Source: Alphaproteobacteria bacterium (GTDB lineage: Bacteria > Pseudomonadota > Alphaproteobacteria > Rickettsiales > UBA8987). From it: a stretch of 64,000 nucleotides of DNA. The DNA lies in assembly GCA_031426355.1 (NCBI GenBank), contig JANPLD010000118.1, positions 3,477 to 67,476 on the forward strand, read 5' to 3'. The first letter of the stretch is position 1, and each line of letters opens with the position of its first letter. The notes under the pieces were generated by a model. It did not search any database, was not told the DNA's origin, and saw only the letters and a list, made by a program, of their open reading frames with translations. Shown here piece after piece: positions 18,815 to 28,887 of this stretch. Both the position numbers and the translations under genes were made by a program.

Positions 18815-19405
18815 TTATTCTTCAGTTGCGTTAGCTACATCTAAAGTAGTTTTTTTACCTTTAGCATCAACACCACCTACTTTACCTTCTCTCTGGATAA
18901 CAATCTCATTGATCTTTTTACCCCTTCTAGCAGCAGTAGATTTAGGAGACTGGAACATCTGTAACGCTTTGAACGTACTAGCTACCATGTTATATGGGTT
19001 AGTAGAACCTGTAGATTTAGCAACAACGTCTTTTATTCCGAGAACTTCGAATACAGCACGCATTGGGCCACCAGCTATGATTCCGGTTCCTGGAGGTGCA
19101 GTCCTGATAATAATATCACCTGCTCCCGCCCCTGCTCTGATATCATGGTGAACAGTTCTACCTTCACGCATTGGAACACGTATCATATTCTTTTTAGCAG
19201 CTTCGCTTGCTTTTCTTCTTGCATCGGCAACTTCTTTAGCCTTTCCTTTGCCAACTCCTACTTTACCTTTACCATCACCACAAACAACGAGTGCAGAAAA
19301 ACCAAAACGGCGTCCACCTTTCACAACTTTAGTAGTTCTGTTAATAGCAACCAACTTCTCTTGTAAGTCGCCTTCTTGTCTTTCTTTTTCAGGTGCTCTG
19401 CTCAT
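18815..19405 (-). CDS. rpsE: 30S ribosomal protein S5
   Basis: 196 aa; [27 protein letters not shown], operon position. Confidence 0.95.
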   Translation of the reverse strand: MSRAPEKERQEGDLQEKLVAINRTTKVVKGGRRFGFSALVVCGDGKGKVGVGKGKAKEVADARRKASEAAKKNMIRVPMREGRTVHHDIRAGAGAGDIIIRTAPPGTGIIAGGPMRAVFEVLGIKDVVAKSTGSTNPYNMVASTFKALQMFQSPKSTAARRGKKINEIVIQREGKVGGVDAKGKKTTLDVANATEE

Positions 19406-19438
19406 TTAAAAACCTATATAAATTTAGAATATTACTAA

Positions 19439-19786
19439 TTAAAATTTTAATCCCGCTTCCCTAGCTGCATCAGCTAAAGCTTTAATTCTGCCGTGATATA
19501 TGAAGCTTCCTCTATCAAAAACAACTTCATTCACTTTTTTCTCTTTAGCTCTTTTAGCTATAAGGCTACCGATAGCTTTTGCTGCTTCAATATTACAACC
19601 TTTACCTTTAAGGTCCTTTTCAACAGTTGATGCAGAAGCTAAAGTTACACCGTTAGTATCGTCAATAACCTGAACATGAATGTTCTTATTAGAACGGAAA
19701 ACAGAAAGCCTAGGTTTGCCGCCCGAAACTTGCCTGAGTTTATATCTTACTCTTCCGGCTCTTTTTTGATTTAAATTTTTAGTCAT
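19439..19786 (-). CDS. rplR: 50S ribosomal protein L18
   Basis: 115 aa; [45 protein letters not shown]. Confidence 0.95.
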   Translation of the reverse strand: MTKNLNQKRAGRVRYKLRQVSGGKPRLSVFRSNKNIHVQVIDDTNGVTLASASTVEKDLKGKGCNIEAAKAIGSLIAKRAKEKKVNEVVFDRGSFIYHGRIKALADAAREAGLKF

Positions 19787-19812
19787 ATAACTTAGTAGTT
19801 CTATTTTAATTA

Positions 19813-20358
19813 TTATTTCTTCTTGCCTTCTTTAGATCTCACATACTCACCAGAGAATCTTATACCTTTTCCTTTGTAAGGCTCAGGTTTCTTATAAGCT
19901 CTGATCTCAGCAGCAACTTGTCCAACCAGCCTTTTATCAATACCGGAGATAGTGATCTCAGTTGGCTTAGGAGTTTTAAGCTCAATACCTTCAGGTATCT
20001 TGTAATCTATATCGTGAGAGAAACCTAAATTGAGTTTTACGCTTTTGCCAGAAGCAGCAGCTTTAAAACCTACACCTTGTATCTCAAGAGTTTTAGTATA
20101 ACCTTTAGTTACACCTTCAACCATATTCCTAACTTGAGCGCGTGTCAGACCCCAGAAAGCTTTAACCCTCTTGTCATTCTTGCGTGATTCATTAGCAGGC
20201 TTGAAAGAAACATGTTCCTTATCAATAATAACTGCAATATCGTCAGAAACAACAAATGATAAAGTACCTTTTGGACCTTTCACGTTGATCTTTTTGCCGT
20301 CGAGTTTGATCTCAACGCCTTTTTCTATTGCTACCGGATTGTTACCTACTCTTGACAT
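19813..20358 (-). CDS. rplF: 50S ribosomal protein L6
   Basis: 181 aa; MSRVGNNPV start, EPYKGKGIR near C-terminus. Confidence 0.95.
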   Translation of the reverse strand: MSRVGNNPVAIEKGVEIKLDGKKINVKGPKGTLSFVVSDDIAVIIDKEHVSFKPANESRKNDKRVKAFWGLTRAQVRNMVEGVTKGYTKTLEIQGVGFKAAASGKSVKLNLGFSHDIDYKIPEGIELKTPKPTEITISGIDKRLVGQVAAEIRAYKKPEPYKGKGIRFSGEYVRSKEGKKK

Positions 20359-20399
20359 AAAATAAAATTATTGTGCTCTTATTAAATATTGTTCTCTTA

Positions 20400-20798
20400 T
20401 TAAAACACTTCACAGATAACTTCACCACCAACATTGAGCCTTCTAGCTTCAAAGTCAGGGAGAACACCTTTAGAGGTCGAAATTATCTTAACGCCAAGAC
20501 CGCTGAAAGACTTACCGAGATCTTTGATCTGCGAATAGTTCCTTAATCCTGGTTTAGAAGTTCTTTTGATCTGCTTTATAACCGGTTGACCTTGGTGGTA
20601 TTTCAAAGCAACGTTTAATCTTTTAATACCTTTGATCTCTTCAACTTCTTCAAAAGAGTTGATGAAACCTTCATTTTGCAGAACGTTAAGAACATTCTTG
20701 TTTAATCCGCTAGATACAACCGTAACAGCCGCGAGCTTAGCTCTCTGGCCATTGTTCAAAGTTGCGATCATATCAGATGTTGAATCATTAAATGACAT
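20400..20798 (-). CDS. rpsH: 30S ribosomal protein S8
   Basis: 132 aa; DMIATLNNGQRA, GGEVICEVF terminus. Confidence 0.95.
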   Translation of the reverse strand: MSFNDSTSDMIATLNNGQRAKLAAVTVVSSGLNKNVLNVLQNEGFINSFEEVEEIKGIKRLNVALKYHQGQPVIKQIKRTSKPGLRNYSQIKDLGKSFSGLGVKIISTSKGVLPDFEARRLNVGGEVICEVF

Positions 20799-20803
20799 AT
20801 TTA

Positions 20804-21109
20804 TTACCAGCTAGATTTAATAACACCAGGAACTTGCGCTATAGCGCTAAGATCCCTTAAAACGATACGGGAAACACCGAATTTCCTTAAATAACCTCTC
20901 GCACGGCCAGTAACCGCGCAACGGTTACGTATCCTCGCAGGAGCGCTGTTTTTAGGAAGTCTCGACATCTTAAGAACAGCAGTAAACCTATCTTCCTGAG
21001 AAGTCTCCTTGTTCATAACGATAGCTTTAAGTTTCGCTCTCCTCTTACCGAATTCCTTAGAGAGCCTCTTTCTCATTTCATTCTTTTCTATTGAGCTTTT
21101 CTTAGCCAT
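20804..21109 (-). CDS. rpsN: 30S ribosomal protein S14 (long form)
   Basis: 101 aa; [30 protein letters not shown] terminus. Confidence 0.95.
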   Translation of the reverse strand: MAKKSSIEKNEMRKRLSKEFGKRRAKLKAIVMNKETSQEDRFTAVLKMSRLPKNSAPARIRNRCAVTGRARGYLRKFGVSRIVLRDLSAIAQVPGVIKSSW

Positions 21110-21113
21110 AAAA

Positions 21114-21713
21114 TTAATTATTATTATTTTCAGTTGTTATAAATGGAATATTGAAACCTTGTAACAGCGCCTTGCCTTCTTCAGCATTTTTAGCAGTTGT
21201 AACTATAGTTATATCCATACCCCTTACAGCATCAACCTTATCAAAAGGGATCTCAGGGAATATTGTCTGCTCTTTCAAGCCAAAGCTGATATTACCCGCG
21301 CCGTCAAAACTTTTAGGATTTAAACCTTTAAAATCACGAAGCCTAGGAAGAACTATGTTCACAAGCCTGTCGAGGAATTCGTACATTTTCTTATTTCTGA
21401 GAGTAACCTTTGTACCGATAGGCTGACCTTCGCGGAGCCTCCAGGTAGCAATAGATTTTCTTGATTTTGTGATTATTGATTTCTGGCCTGTTATAGCTGT
21501 AAGTTCCGCAGCTGCGTTATCAACAGCTTTTGATTCACGGAGAACCTCACCAACACCCATATTAACTGATATTTTAACCAGTTTAGGAACTTGCATAGGA
21601 TTTTTATATCCGAACTGCTTTATGATCGCAGGAGATATATTATCTCTATATTCTTTTTGCAATCTCGCTTCTTCCTTAGAAACTGAAACCGCTTTTTTTT
21701 CTGTTTTGGCCAT
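21114..21713 (-). CDS. rplE: 50S ribosomal protein L5
   Basis: 199 aa; operon position; [23 protein letters not shown]. Confidence 0.95.
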   Translation of the reverse strand: MAKTEKKAVSVSKEEARLQKEYRDNISPAIIKQFGYKNPMQVPKLVKISVNMGVGEVLRESKAVDNAAAELTAITGQKSIITKSRKSIATWRLREGQPIGTKVTLRNKKMYEFLDRLVNIVLPRLRDFKGLNPKSFDGAGNISFGLKEQTIFPEIPFDKVDAVRGMDITIVTTAKNAEEGKALLQGFNIPFITTENNNN

Positions 21714-21732
21714 ATAAATAATTTTAAACCTC

Positions 21733-22074
21733 TTATGCTAAGATCTCACCAGATTTCCTGGCAAATCTAACTTTTTTTCCGTCCTCAAGCTTCTTGTATC
21801 CCACTTTAGTAGCTGAACCTGACTTAGGATCAATAAGTGAAACATTAGAAACGTGAATTGATAATTCTTTATCGATTATTCCGCCAGTAGAAGCAGCGCT
21901 CGCTTTAGTATGTTTTTTGGCAATATTGATGCCTGAAACAAGAACCCTGTCTTTCTCCTTAAGAACCCTTAAAATTTCGCCTTCTTTACCTTTGTCTTTC
22001 CCAGCGAGGATCTTAACTTTATCGCCTTTTTTAACGCGAAATTTCTTTTCAAATTTTGTAAGTGCTTTAGCCAT
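21733..22074 (-). CDS. rplX: 50S ribosomal protein L24
   Basis: 113 aa; [26 protein letters not shown] motif. Confidence 0.95.
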   Translation of the reverse strand: MAKALTKFEKKFRVKKGDKVKILAGKDKGKEGEILRVLKEKDRVLVSGINIAKKHTKASAASTGGIIDKELSIHVSNVSLIDPKSGSATKVGYKKLEDGKKVRFARKSGEILA

Positions 22075-22077
22075 ATA

Positions 22078-22449
22078 TTATAATACCTCTGGAGCTAATG
22101 AAATTATCTTTGCATATGCTTCTTTACCGCGAAGCTCCCTGGTTACCGGTCCGAATACGCGGGTTCCGATAAGGTCAAGTTTCTTGTCTACAAGAACAAC
22201 TGCATTTGTATCAAACCTGATAGCAGTACCATCAGATCTTTTTGTTTCTTTCCTGGTCCGGACCACAACCGCTCTGTGTACGCTACCTTTTTTTGCTTTA
22301 CCGCGTGGCGCAGCTTCCTGAACGGAAACTACTATAATGTCACCAACACCTGCATATCTTCTCTTGGAAGAACCCAGAACTTTGATGCATCTTACTGATT
22401 TAGCACCGCTATTATCAGCTACCAGTAATTTTGTTTCTTGTTGTATCAT
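22078..22449 (-). CDS. rplN: 50S ribosomal protein L14
   Basis: 123 aa; [17 protein letters not shown]. Confidence 0.97.
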   Translation of the reverse strand: MIQQETKLLVADNSGAKSVRCIKVLGSSKRRYAGVGDIIVVSVQEAAPRGKAKKGSVHRAVVVRTRKETKRSDGTAIRFDTNAVVLVDKKLDLIGTRVFGPVTRELRGKEAYAKIISLAPEVL

Positions 22450-22517
22450 AAATTTTACTCATTTTCCTAAAGAACACGAACGCGCTACATACCAAAAGCG
22501 CAACTCAAGTCAATTGT

Positions 22518-22832
22518 TTATTTCTTCTTAGGAGCCTTTTTTACAGAAGTAGTTGCCTTCTTCTGTTGGTTTCTTGCCGGCTCTTGCTTAGTTTCAGCAG
22601 TATCAGAGTATATTACGGTCCATTTTTTAGATTTAGAGATAGGAGCCGTTTCTACTATTGAAACCACATCACCTTCTTTGAAGTGGTTCTTCTCATCATG
22701 AGCGTGATACTTCTTAGATTTGGTAATGATCTTTTGGTAAATTGGGTGACGAACCCTTCTGTCTACTTTTACAGTAACAGTTTTTTCGTTCTTATCACTT
22801 ACAACAACACCTTTTAAAATTCTTTTTGGCAT
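22518..22832 (-). CDS. rpsQ: 30S ribosomal protein S17 with Lys-rich C-terminal extension
   Basis: 104 aa; [27 protein letters not shown], extra ~25-aa tail ending KKAPKKK. Confidence 0.93.
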   Translation of the reverse strand: MPKRILKGVVVSDKNEKTVTVKVDRRVRHPIYQKIITKSKKYHAHDEKNHFKEGDVVSIVETAPISKSKKWTVIYSDTAETKQEPARNQQKKATTSVKKAPKKK

Positions 22833-22860
22833 AACCCTTATTTTTATTAAGCAATTTTTA

Positions 22861-23055
22861 TTAAGCAGCTTCTTCTAAAGTAGTCAGATAAGTCTGGATC
22901 CTTGCGATCTCTTTTCTAACTTGTGCGAATCTATGAGTTTTATCAAGCTCGCCCGTTGATTTACGGAAACGGAGATTGAAAACCTCTTTTTTACGCTCAG
23001 CAATAAGCTTAGTAAGCTCATCAACTGTTTTTCCTTTTAAATCCTGGTACTTCAT
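22861..23055 (-). CDS. rpmC: 50S ribosomal protein L29
   Basis: 64 aa; operon position, ELxxLxxELFNLRF pattern. Confidence 0.93.
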   Translation of the reverse strand: MKYQDLKGKTVDELTKLIAERKKEVFNLRFRKSTGELDKTHRFAQVRKEIARIQTYLTTLEEAA

Positions 23056-23060
23056 ATAAC

Positions 23061-23471
23061 TTATACGATTCTTTTAATAAATTTTGTTTTGATAGGTAAT
23101 TTAGCTGCAGCTTTGGTCATTGCTTCCCTAGCTGTTGCTTCATCAACCCCACCGAGTTCGAACATTATTGTTCCCGGTTTAACTCTTGCAGCCCAGAACT
23201 CAACTGGCCCTTTACCTTTACCTTGACGAACTTCCAAAGGTTTTTTAGTAACTGGAAGTGAAGGGAATATTCTTATCCACAATTTACCGGTACGTTTCAT
23301 TGAACGGGTAATAGTTCTACGTGCAGCTTCGATCTGGCGCGCAGTAATTCTTTCCGGCGCAAGTGCTTTCAGACCATAATCACCGAAATTAAGCTCATAA
23401 CCAGCTTTTGCATTCCCGTGAATACGACCTTTAAAAGCTTTCCTGAACTTCGTCTGTTTTGGCATCATCAT
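23061..23471 (-). CDS. rplP: 50S ribosomal protein L16
   Basis: 136 aa; [25 protein letters not shown]. Confidence 0.96.
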   Translation of the reverse strand: MMMPKQTKFRKAFKGRIHGNAKAGYELNFGDYGLKALAPERITARQIEAARRTITRSMKRTGKLWIRIFPSLPVTKKPLEVRQGKGKGPVEFWAARVKPGTIMFELGGVDEATAREAMTKAAAKLPIKTKFIKRIV

Positions 23472-23500
23472 AAAAAAACTCCGTATCGTAATTACTTAAA

Positions 23501-24172
23501 TTATTTAACCCCTAATATTCTCTTCTCGTGAGCATATGGATCATGGGCAAGTATCTCACCTTTATATATCCATACTTTCACACCTAGAACGCCATAAGTT
23601 GTATGACCTTCTGAAGTTGAATAATCAACATCCGCACGAAGAGTGTGAAGAGGAACCCTACCTTCACGATACCATTCAGTACGAGCGATCTCACCACCGT
23701 TTAAACGGCCAGAGATCGTAACTTTTATACCTTGCGCGCCCATTCTCATTGCAGACTGCATAGAACGTTTCATCGCTTTCTTGTAAGACACACGACGCTC
23801 AAGCTGCTGCGCTATACCTTGCGCAACTATTGATGCATCAATTTCAGGCTTACGTATCTCAACTATATTTATGCTGGCTTCATCTTTAGTGAATCTGCCA
23901 ACTGATTTTTTGATATCTTCAATATCAGCACCTTTTTTACCGATGATTATACCAGGCTTAGAAGTATATATGGAAACCCTGATCTTATTAGCTGAACGCT
24001 CTATGATAATTCTGCTTACAGATGCTTCTTTCAGTTTTTTCTCAAGAAAAGCCTTGATCTTAACATCTTCGTGGAATTTTTTCGTATAGTCCTTCCTTCC
24101 CGCAAACCAACGAGAATCCCAGGTACGGTTCATACCTACTCTAAAAACAATCGGATTTACTTTTTGTCCCAT
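23501..24172 (-). CDS. rpsC: 30S ribosomal protein S3
   Basis: 223 aa; [15 protein letters not shown] domain [10 protein letters not shown]. Confidence 0.96.
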   Translation of the reverse strand: MGQKVNPIVFRVGMNRTWDSRWFAGRKDYTKKFHEDVKIKAFLEKKLKEASVSRIIIERSANKIRVSIYTSKPGIIIGKKGADIEDIKKSVGRFTKDEASINIVEIRKPEIDASIVAQGIAQQLERRVSYKKAMKRSMQSAMRMGAQGIKVTISGRLNGGEIARTEWYREGRVPLHTLRADVDYSTSEGHTTYGVLGVKVWIYKGEILAHDPYAHEKRILGVK

Positions 24173-24188
24173 ATCTTACTTTTTTTGT

Positions 24189-24264
24189 TAGTACTTGGTA
24201 CTTAGTACCTGGTACTTGGTTAATTAATAAATCTAAGTACCGAGTACTAAGTACCCGGCACTAA
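24189..24264. repeat. 76-nt imperfect palindrome with GTAC-heptad arms inside the S10 operon (rplV-rpsC spacer)
   Basis: Left arm ttagtacttggtacttagtacctggtacttgg; reverse complement of right arm ttagtgccgggtacttagtactcggtacttag; 25/31 identical plus 3 G-U-compatible positions; 13-nt AT loop. Confidence 0.75.
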
Positions 24265-24270
24265 ATACTT

Positions 24271-24645
24271 TTATTGCGCCGCCTCTTCCAACAGTATGGT
24301 AACATTGCTGAAAGGTTTTTGTATCCTTGAAGAACGGCCTCTAGCGCGAGCCGCAAATCTTTTCATAACTATACCTTTACCAACATTAACTTCTTTAACA
24401 AAGAGCCTGTCGATATCAAGGTTGTGATTGTTCTCTGCGTTAGCGATAGCAGATTTTAGCAATTCTTTTACCGGAAGAGCCGCTGCTTTCTTAGAGAAAG
24501 TAAGCTGCTGGATAGCTGAGTAAGCATTATGCCCTCTTATCAATCCCGCGATAAGGCTAACTTTCCTCGGTGACATCCTGAGGGAACGCAAAGTTGCACC
24601 CGCCTGGTTTGCCTTAAATTTTCTTTCTGTTTTAGCTTTACTCAT
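24271..24645 (-). CDS. rplV: 50S ribosomal protein L22
   Basis: 124 aa; LRMSPRKVSLIAGLIRG, operon position. Confidence 0.95.
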   Translation of the reverse strand: MSKAKTERKFKANQAGATLRSLRMSPRKVSLIAGLIRGHNAYSAIQQLTFSKKAAALPVKELLKSAIANAENNHNLDIDRLFVKEVNVGKGIVMKRFAARARGRSSRIQKPFSNVTILLEEAAQ

Positions 24646-24671
24646 AACAACTACGTTGCTTAAATTTTAAA

Positions 24672-24947
24672 TTATTTAGATTCCGCTTTCTTATCAGAAC
24701 CACCATGGGCGATAAACGTTCTGGTTGGTGCAAACTCACCGAGTTTGTGTCCTACCATTTCTTCCTTGATATTAACAGGAATATGAGTTTTACCGTTATA
24801 AACACCGAATGTCAGGCCAACAAAATCAGGAATGATAGTTGATCTTCTAGACCATGTTTTGATAACTTTATGCGTACCTTGTGCAGCCACTGCTTTCTTA
24901 AGAAGAGCTTTATCAACAAAAGGACCTTTCCAAACCGAACGTGCCAT
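24672..24947 (-). CDS. rpsS: 30S ribosomal protein S19
   Basis: 91 aa; [25 protein letters not shown]. Confidence 0.96.
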   Translation of the reverse strand: MARSVWKGPFVDKALLKKAVAAQGTHKVIKTWSRRSTIIPDFVGLTFGVYNGKTHIPVNIKEEMVGHKLGEFAPTRTFIAHGGSDKKAESK

Positions 24948-24990
24948 ATATTTTAACTACTTATATTAAATTCTTAAAGTTATAGTTTAA

Positions 24991-25827
24991 TTATTTCCTT
25001 CTTTTCCTGCGAGACTCAACTATGAGCCTGTTAGAAGGTTTCTTCCTATTTCTAGTAATACCACCTTTCGCCGGTTTACCCCATGGAGACACAGGATGTC
25101 TACCACCAGAAGTTCTACCCTCACCACCACCAAGCGGGTGATCTACCGGATTCATTGAAACACCTCTGTTATGAGGTCTTTTACCTTTCCAACGATTTCT
25201 ACCTGCTTTACCTAAAACCTGGTTTTGGTGATCGGCATTTGAAACCGCACCAACAGTACCTATACATTCAGAAGGGATCTTCCTGATCTCGCCAGACTGA
25301 AGTTTAACAAGAGCGTAACCTGAATCCTTACCTGTAAGCTGTACATAAGTACCAGCCGATCTTGCTATCTGACCGCCCTTACCTGGCTTAAGCTCAACAT
25401 TATGAAGTATAGTTCCAACCGGAATATTTTTAAGAGGTATAGCATTACCTGGTTTAATATCAGCATTATCAGAAGATACAACCACATCACCAACCTGCAT
25501 CCTTTGCGGAGCAAGTATATAAGCTAATTTACCATCTTGATATTTAATTAAAGCGATATGAGAAGTCCTGTTAGGATCATACTCTAAACGCTCAACAGTA
25601 GCAGTAACATCTTTTCTGTCACGCTTGAAATCTATAGTCCTGTAGCTTTTTTTGTGCCCGCCACCTCTGAATCTAGACGTTGTGTGACCGAATGAATCGT
25701 GACCATCAGAAGCTTTACGGCCTTTAGTAAGCGTTTTCTCAGGCTTACCTTTATGAAGGTGTGACTTATCAACGAGAACCATTGCTCTCTGTGAAGGTGT
25801 CGAAGGTTTGAAAAATTTTAATGCCAT
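24991..25827 (-). CDS. rplB: 50S ribosomal protein L2
   Basis: 278 aa; [41 protein letters not shown]. Confidence 0.97.
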   Translation of the reverse strand: MALKFFKPSTPSQRAMVLVDKSHLHKGKPEKTLTKGRKASDGHDSFGHTTSRFRGGGHKKSYRTIDFKRDRKDVTATVERLEYDPNRTSHIALIKYQDGKLAYILAPQRMQVGDVVVSSDNADIKPGNAIPLKNIPVGTILHNVELKPGKGGQIARSAGTYVQLTGKDSGYALVKLQSGEIRKIPSECIGTVGAVSNADHQNQVLGKAGRNRWKGKRPHNRGVSMNPVDHPLGGGEGRTSGGRHPVSPWGKPAKGGITRNRKKPSNRLIVESRRKRRK

Positions 25828-25831
25828 ATTA

Positions 25832-26131
25832 CTATTTAACCCCTGAAGTTATGTCTATCGTATTACCTTGTTCCAGAGTAACGATAGCTTTTTTGAAATC
25901 CTGCTTAGTACCAGCGCGACCTCTAAAAACCCTCTTTTTACCGATAGCGTTAATAGTATTGACCGCTTTGACCTTAACACCGAAAATATCTTCTATAGCC
26001 GCTTTGATCTCTGGCTTAGTAGCAGTTTTCGCAACAATAAAACCAACCTGGTTATTCTGAGAAAGGAAAGTAGTTTTCTCAGTGATAAGAGGCCTTTTTA
26101 TAATATCTAAATTTTTATAATTATTCACCAT
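25832..26131 (-). CDS. rplW: 50S ribosomal protein L23
   Basis: 99 aa; operon position, IKRPLITEK. Confidence 0.93.
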   Translation of the reverse strand: MVNNYKNLDIIKRPLITEKTTFLSQNNQVGFIVAKTATKPEIKAAIEDIFGVKVKAVNTINAIGKKRVFRGRAGTKQDFKKAIVTLEQGNTIDITSGVK

Positions 26132-26135
26132 ACAA

Positions 26136-26759
26136 CTATGCCGTTAATCTTTTTTGTAAATCTTCCAGAGCATGCTTGGTAACGATAAGCTTCTCATGTC
26201 TCAGGATATCATAAACGTTCAGGCCGAATTGAGGAATAACATCCACACCGTGTATTGCCTGAATTGATTTATAGAAATTGTCTTTATCATTACCGCCGCG
26301 CACTATAAGAGCGTTAGTCGCTTCAAATGCCTTGAGCTTTGCAGTAATATCTTTAGTTTTGTGAGAGTCAACAGTAACCGTATCAACGATCCTGAGGTTG
26401 CCTTCAGAGAATTTGAGAGAAAGAGCAGTTTTAAGAGCCCTTATAACGAACTTTTTGTTCATTTTATACTCATAAGAACGTGGTTTTGGAGCGTGAGCTA
26501 CACCACCGTGTCTTTGGTGAGGACCTTTAAGTGAACCTTGACGCGCATGACCAGTACCCTTTTGTTTAAAAGGTTTCTTGGTAGTACCGTGAACCTCAGT
26601 CCTCGTTAAAGTACTCTGAGTTCCAGCTCTTCTTTTTGCGAGCTGCCAGTTAACGATCGCATGGAGGATATCATTACGAAGATCTTGCTTAAAGATATCT
26701 TCGCTCAGCTCCACTTGGCCAACCGACTTATTCTCAAAATTTAATATATCAACTTTCAT
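26136..26759 (-). CDS. rplD: 50S ribosomal protein L4
   Basis: 207 aa; KKPFKQKGTGHARQGS. Confidence 0.95.
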   Translation of the reverse strand: MKVDILNFENKSVGQVELSEDIFKQDLRNDILHAIVNWQLAKRRAGTQSTLTRTEVHGTTKKPFKQKGTGHARQGSLKGPHQRHGGVAHAPKPRSYEYKMNKKFVIRALKTALSLKFSEGNLRIVDTVTVDSHKTKDITAKLKAFEATNALIVRGGNDKDNFYKSIQAIHGVDVIPQFGLNVYDILRHEKLIVTKHALEDLQKRLTA

Positions 26760-26779
26760 AAGCTCTTTTACTTAAATAT

Positions 26780-27541
26780 TTATCCTTGTTGTTCAGTCGA
26801 TGACTGTTCAGTAGCTGGCTGCTCAGCTTGAGCCGCCGGTTGAGCTTGCGCTTTACCCATCTTTAAACCTGCCGGCATCGGAACTTCTTTAGGAAGAACC
26901 TTTTTAACAGAATCCATAATTTCAACTATTGATCCGTCAAAACCTGGAACCGAACCTTTAACAGCGATCAAACCTTTAGCTTCATCAATAAGCACAACCT
27001 TAAGGTTCTGCTGAGTAGCGCGAACCGCTCCCATATGACCCGCCATTTTCTTATTCTTGAATACGCGACCCGGATCCTGCCTTTGACCAGTAGAACCAGC
27101 CGAACGGTGAGATATCGATACACCGTGGGAAGCTTCTAATCCACCGAAATTGTGGCGCTTCATAACACCTTGAAAGCCTTTACCAACTGTAATTCCAGCG
27201 ATATCAACCTTTTGGCCGATAATGAAATGGTTAGCAGAAAGCTCATCACCTATATTAAGTAATCCGCTAGCTGGCACCCTGAATTCTTTCAAATGGTGTT
27301 TCGCCGCTACTTTCTTTTTTGCAAATTCTTCTCTTTGTGGCTTTGCTATGTTCTTAGCTTTCCTTTCACCAAAACCAACCTGAACAGCCGTATAGCCGTT
27401 TTTATCAGCAGTTTTGATATCAGTAACTAAATTACCTTCAACTCTAAAGAGAGTTGCCGGGATATGAGAACCATCTTCAGAGAAGATGCGTGTCATTCCG
27501 AGTTTCTCAGCAAGCAAACCTGTACGTGCACGTTGAGTCAT
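26780..27541 (-). CDS. rplC: 50S ribosomal protein L3 (Q/A-rich C-terminal tail)
   Basis: 253 aa; [25 protein letters not shown]. Confidence 0.95.
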   Translation of the reverse strand: MTQRARTGLLAEKLGMTRIFSEDGSHIPATLFRVEGNLVTDIKTADKNGYTAVQVGFGERKAKNIAKPQREEFAKKKVAAKHHLKEFRVPASGLLNIGDELSANHFIIGQKVDIAGITVGKGFQGVMKRHNFGGLEASHGVSISHRSAGSTGQRQDPGRVFKNKKMAGHMGAVRATQQNLKVVLIDEAKGLIAVKGSVPGFDGSIVEIMDSVKKVLPKEVPMPAGLKMGKAQAQPAAQAEQPATEQSSTEQQG

Positions 27542-27542
27542 A

Positions 27543-27866
27543 TTACGCTGCCTCCTGCATCACTTCTACATACACTTCAACACCTGCAGGCAGATCAAGT
27601 TTGCCGAGCGCGTCTAATGTCTGTGGGTTAGTATCTATAATGTCTATTAGTCTTGAATGAGTTCTGATCTCTAACTGCTCGCGTGAGATCTTATCAATAT
27701 GCGGGCTTCTGTTAATTGTAAATGTTTCCCTGGTACGCGGAAGAGGTATTGGCCCCCTCGATACTGAACCAGTTCTTCTTACCGTATCAACAATTGAACG
27801 CGCAGATTGGTCTATCAACCTGTGGTCAAATGCCTTGAGTTTAATTCTTATTTTCTGTCCAAGCAT
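27543..27866 (-). CDS. rpsJ: 30S ribosomal protein S10
   Basis: 107 aa; [18 protein letters not shown]. Confidence 0.96.
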   Translation of the reverse strand: MLGQKIRIKLKAFDHRLIDQSARSIVDTVRRTGSVSRGPIPLPRTRETFTINRSPHIDKISREQLEIRTHSRLIDIIDTNPQTLDALGKLDLPAGVEVYVEVMQEAA

Positions 27867-27911
27867 AATTTCAACTTTGTTAAAAAGCTATTCCGATTAA
27901 TTTTAGCATTT

Positions 27912-27960
27912 CGGAACTTCAGAACCTCAGAATTTCTTTATTTCTGAGCTTCTGGAATCC
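27912..27960. repeat. heptad-array hairpin in the rpsJ (S10 operon) leader
   Basis: ggaacttcagaacctcagaat ... tttctgagcttctggaatcc; arms built of (C/A)(T/C)TCAGA heptads, related to the CTTCAAA family; 46-94 nt upstream of rpsJ ATG. Confidence 0.55.
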
Positions 27961-28042
27961 TAAATTCCCTCTTTCGAGGTTGCGCCTTCTAACCGAAATA
28001 TTATGGCATGTCAAACAAGAAAGTGAAAATAAATAAAGAATA

Positions 28043-28843
28043 TTAGAACTTTACCCTCACACCCGCATCAAGTGCAAGCGGAACAGGAGATAATTTTGTT
28101 ATCCTTTCATCAGCATTTGAGCCATTCTGCGCATAATATTCGGCTCCAAAACCAGCCATTGCGGAGATTGCGCCGGATAACGCAATATTATCGGTCACAT
28201 CAAATTGCACACCTAATTTTTCTTTGAAATTCACCGGACTCATCTTGAATTGATGTGATTTATCTGCACCAATTTCAGACCTTTCATTATTAAATATATA
28301 AGCAAAATTAGATTCAGTATATATGCTAAACCGCTCCGAAATATCCTTTTCAAGCCTGATATCAAGCAGCATCGTCGGCATAACGAATTTTTCTAACTTA
28401 TCATTTAAAAAATCAGTATTATTTTTCATTATGGTCACTCCACCCGATATAGAACCGGAAATAGCTATATCTGACCTATCGTTTTGAGACCTTATCCCGC
28501 CGCCAACCGCCATAACCATCATTTGCTCCGGCCTGCCGGTATTTTCTACATTAGAGCTTGAATTTACAAAAAACCCATCATTTACGCCTCTTACATGAAC
28601 TTCGAACAACCCTTGAACAAAGAAAATATTATCACTACGGCTACTAAAATTATATTTAAGGCTTAAATTACTTATTGGCGTCTGCCCGCCCGCCCTGAAG
28701 TTTTCCTCCCTGATAGGAACTAATCCGCCTGAATCCAGCGAATAACCATATACACGCTGCGTAATATCAAATGGTTTCCCAAGAAAGAAACTATTATAGT
28801 TTGAAAGTTCAAAACCAGCGCCTTTATTATGTTTATCCGGCAT
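28043..28843 (-). CDS. outer-membrane beta-barrel-like protein without recognisable signal peptide (autotransporter-beta-like paralogue of 4928-6244 C-terminus)
   Basis: 266 aa; alternating-strand pattern, C-terminal ALDAGVRVKF; shares SPVNFKEK and terminal-strand motifs with ORF 4928-6244; N-terminus MPDKHNKGAGFEL is not a signal peptide. Confidence 0.5.
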   Translation of the reverse strand: MPDKHNKGAGFELSNYNSFFLGKPFDITQRVYGYSLDSGGLVPIREENFRAGGQTPISNLSLKYNFSSRSDNIFFVQGLFEVHVRGVNDGFFVNSSSNVENTGRPEQMMVMAVGGGIRSQNDRSDIAISGSISGGVTIMKNNTDFLNDKLEKFVMPTMLLDIRLEKDISERFSIYTESNFAYIFNNERSEIGADKSHQFKMSPVNFKEKLGVQFDVTDNIALSGAISAMAGFGAEYYAQNGSNADERITKLSPVPLALDAGVRVKF

Positions 28844-28887
28844 AAGATCAAATATGGTTCAAGATGAAACCATACCAACTCTACATA

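Noticed and set aside
18106-27660. Numerous 60-135-aa plus-strand ORFs across the ribosomal-protein operons (e.g. 21917-22321, 25821-26060, 27454-27660)
   Set aside because: All are antisense to strongly recognisable ribosomal protein genes and have no start-site signals. They are typical shadow ORFs.
27867-28042. Absence of tuf/fusA upstream of rpsJ, and of rpsM-rpsK-rpoA-rplQ downstream of adk, considered as evidence of a misassembly
   Set aside because: The junctions are filled by intact ORFs and repeat elements with no sign of truncated genes. This is consistent with genuine operon scrambling as seen elsewhere in the window.
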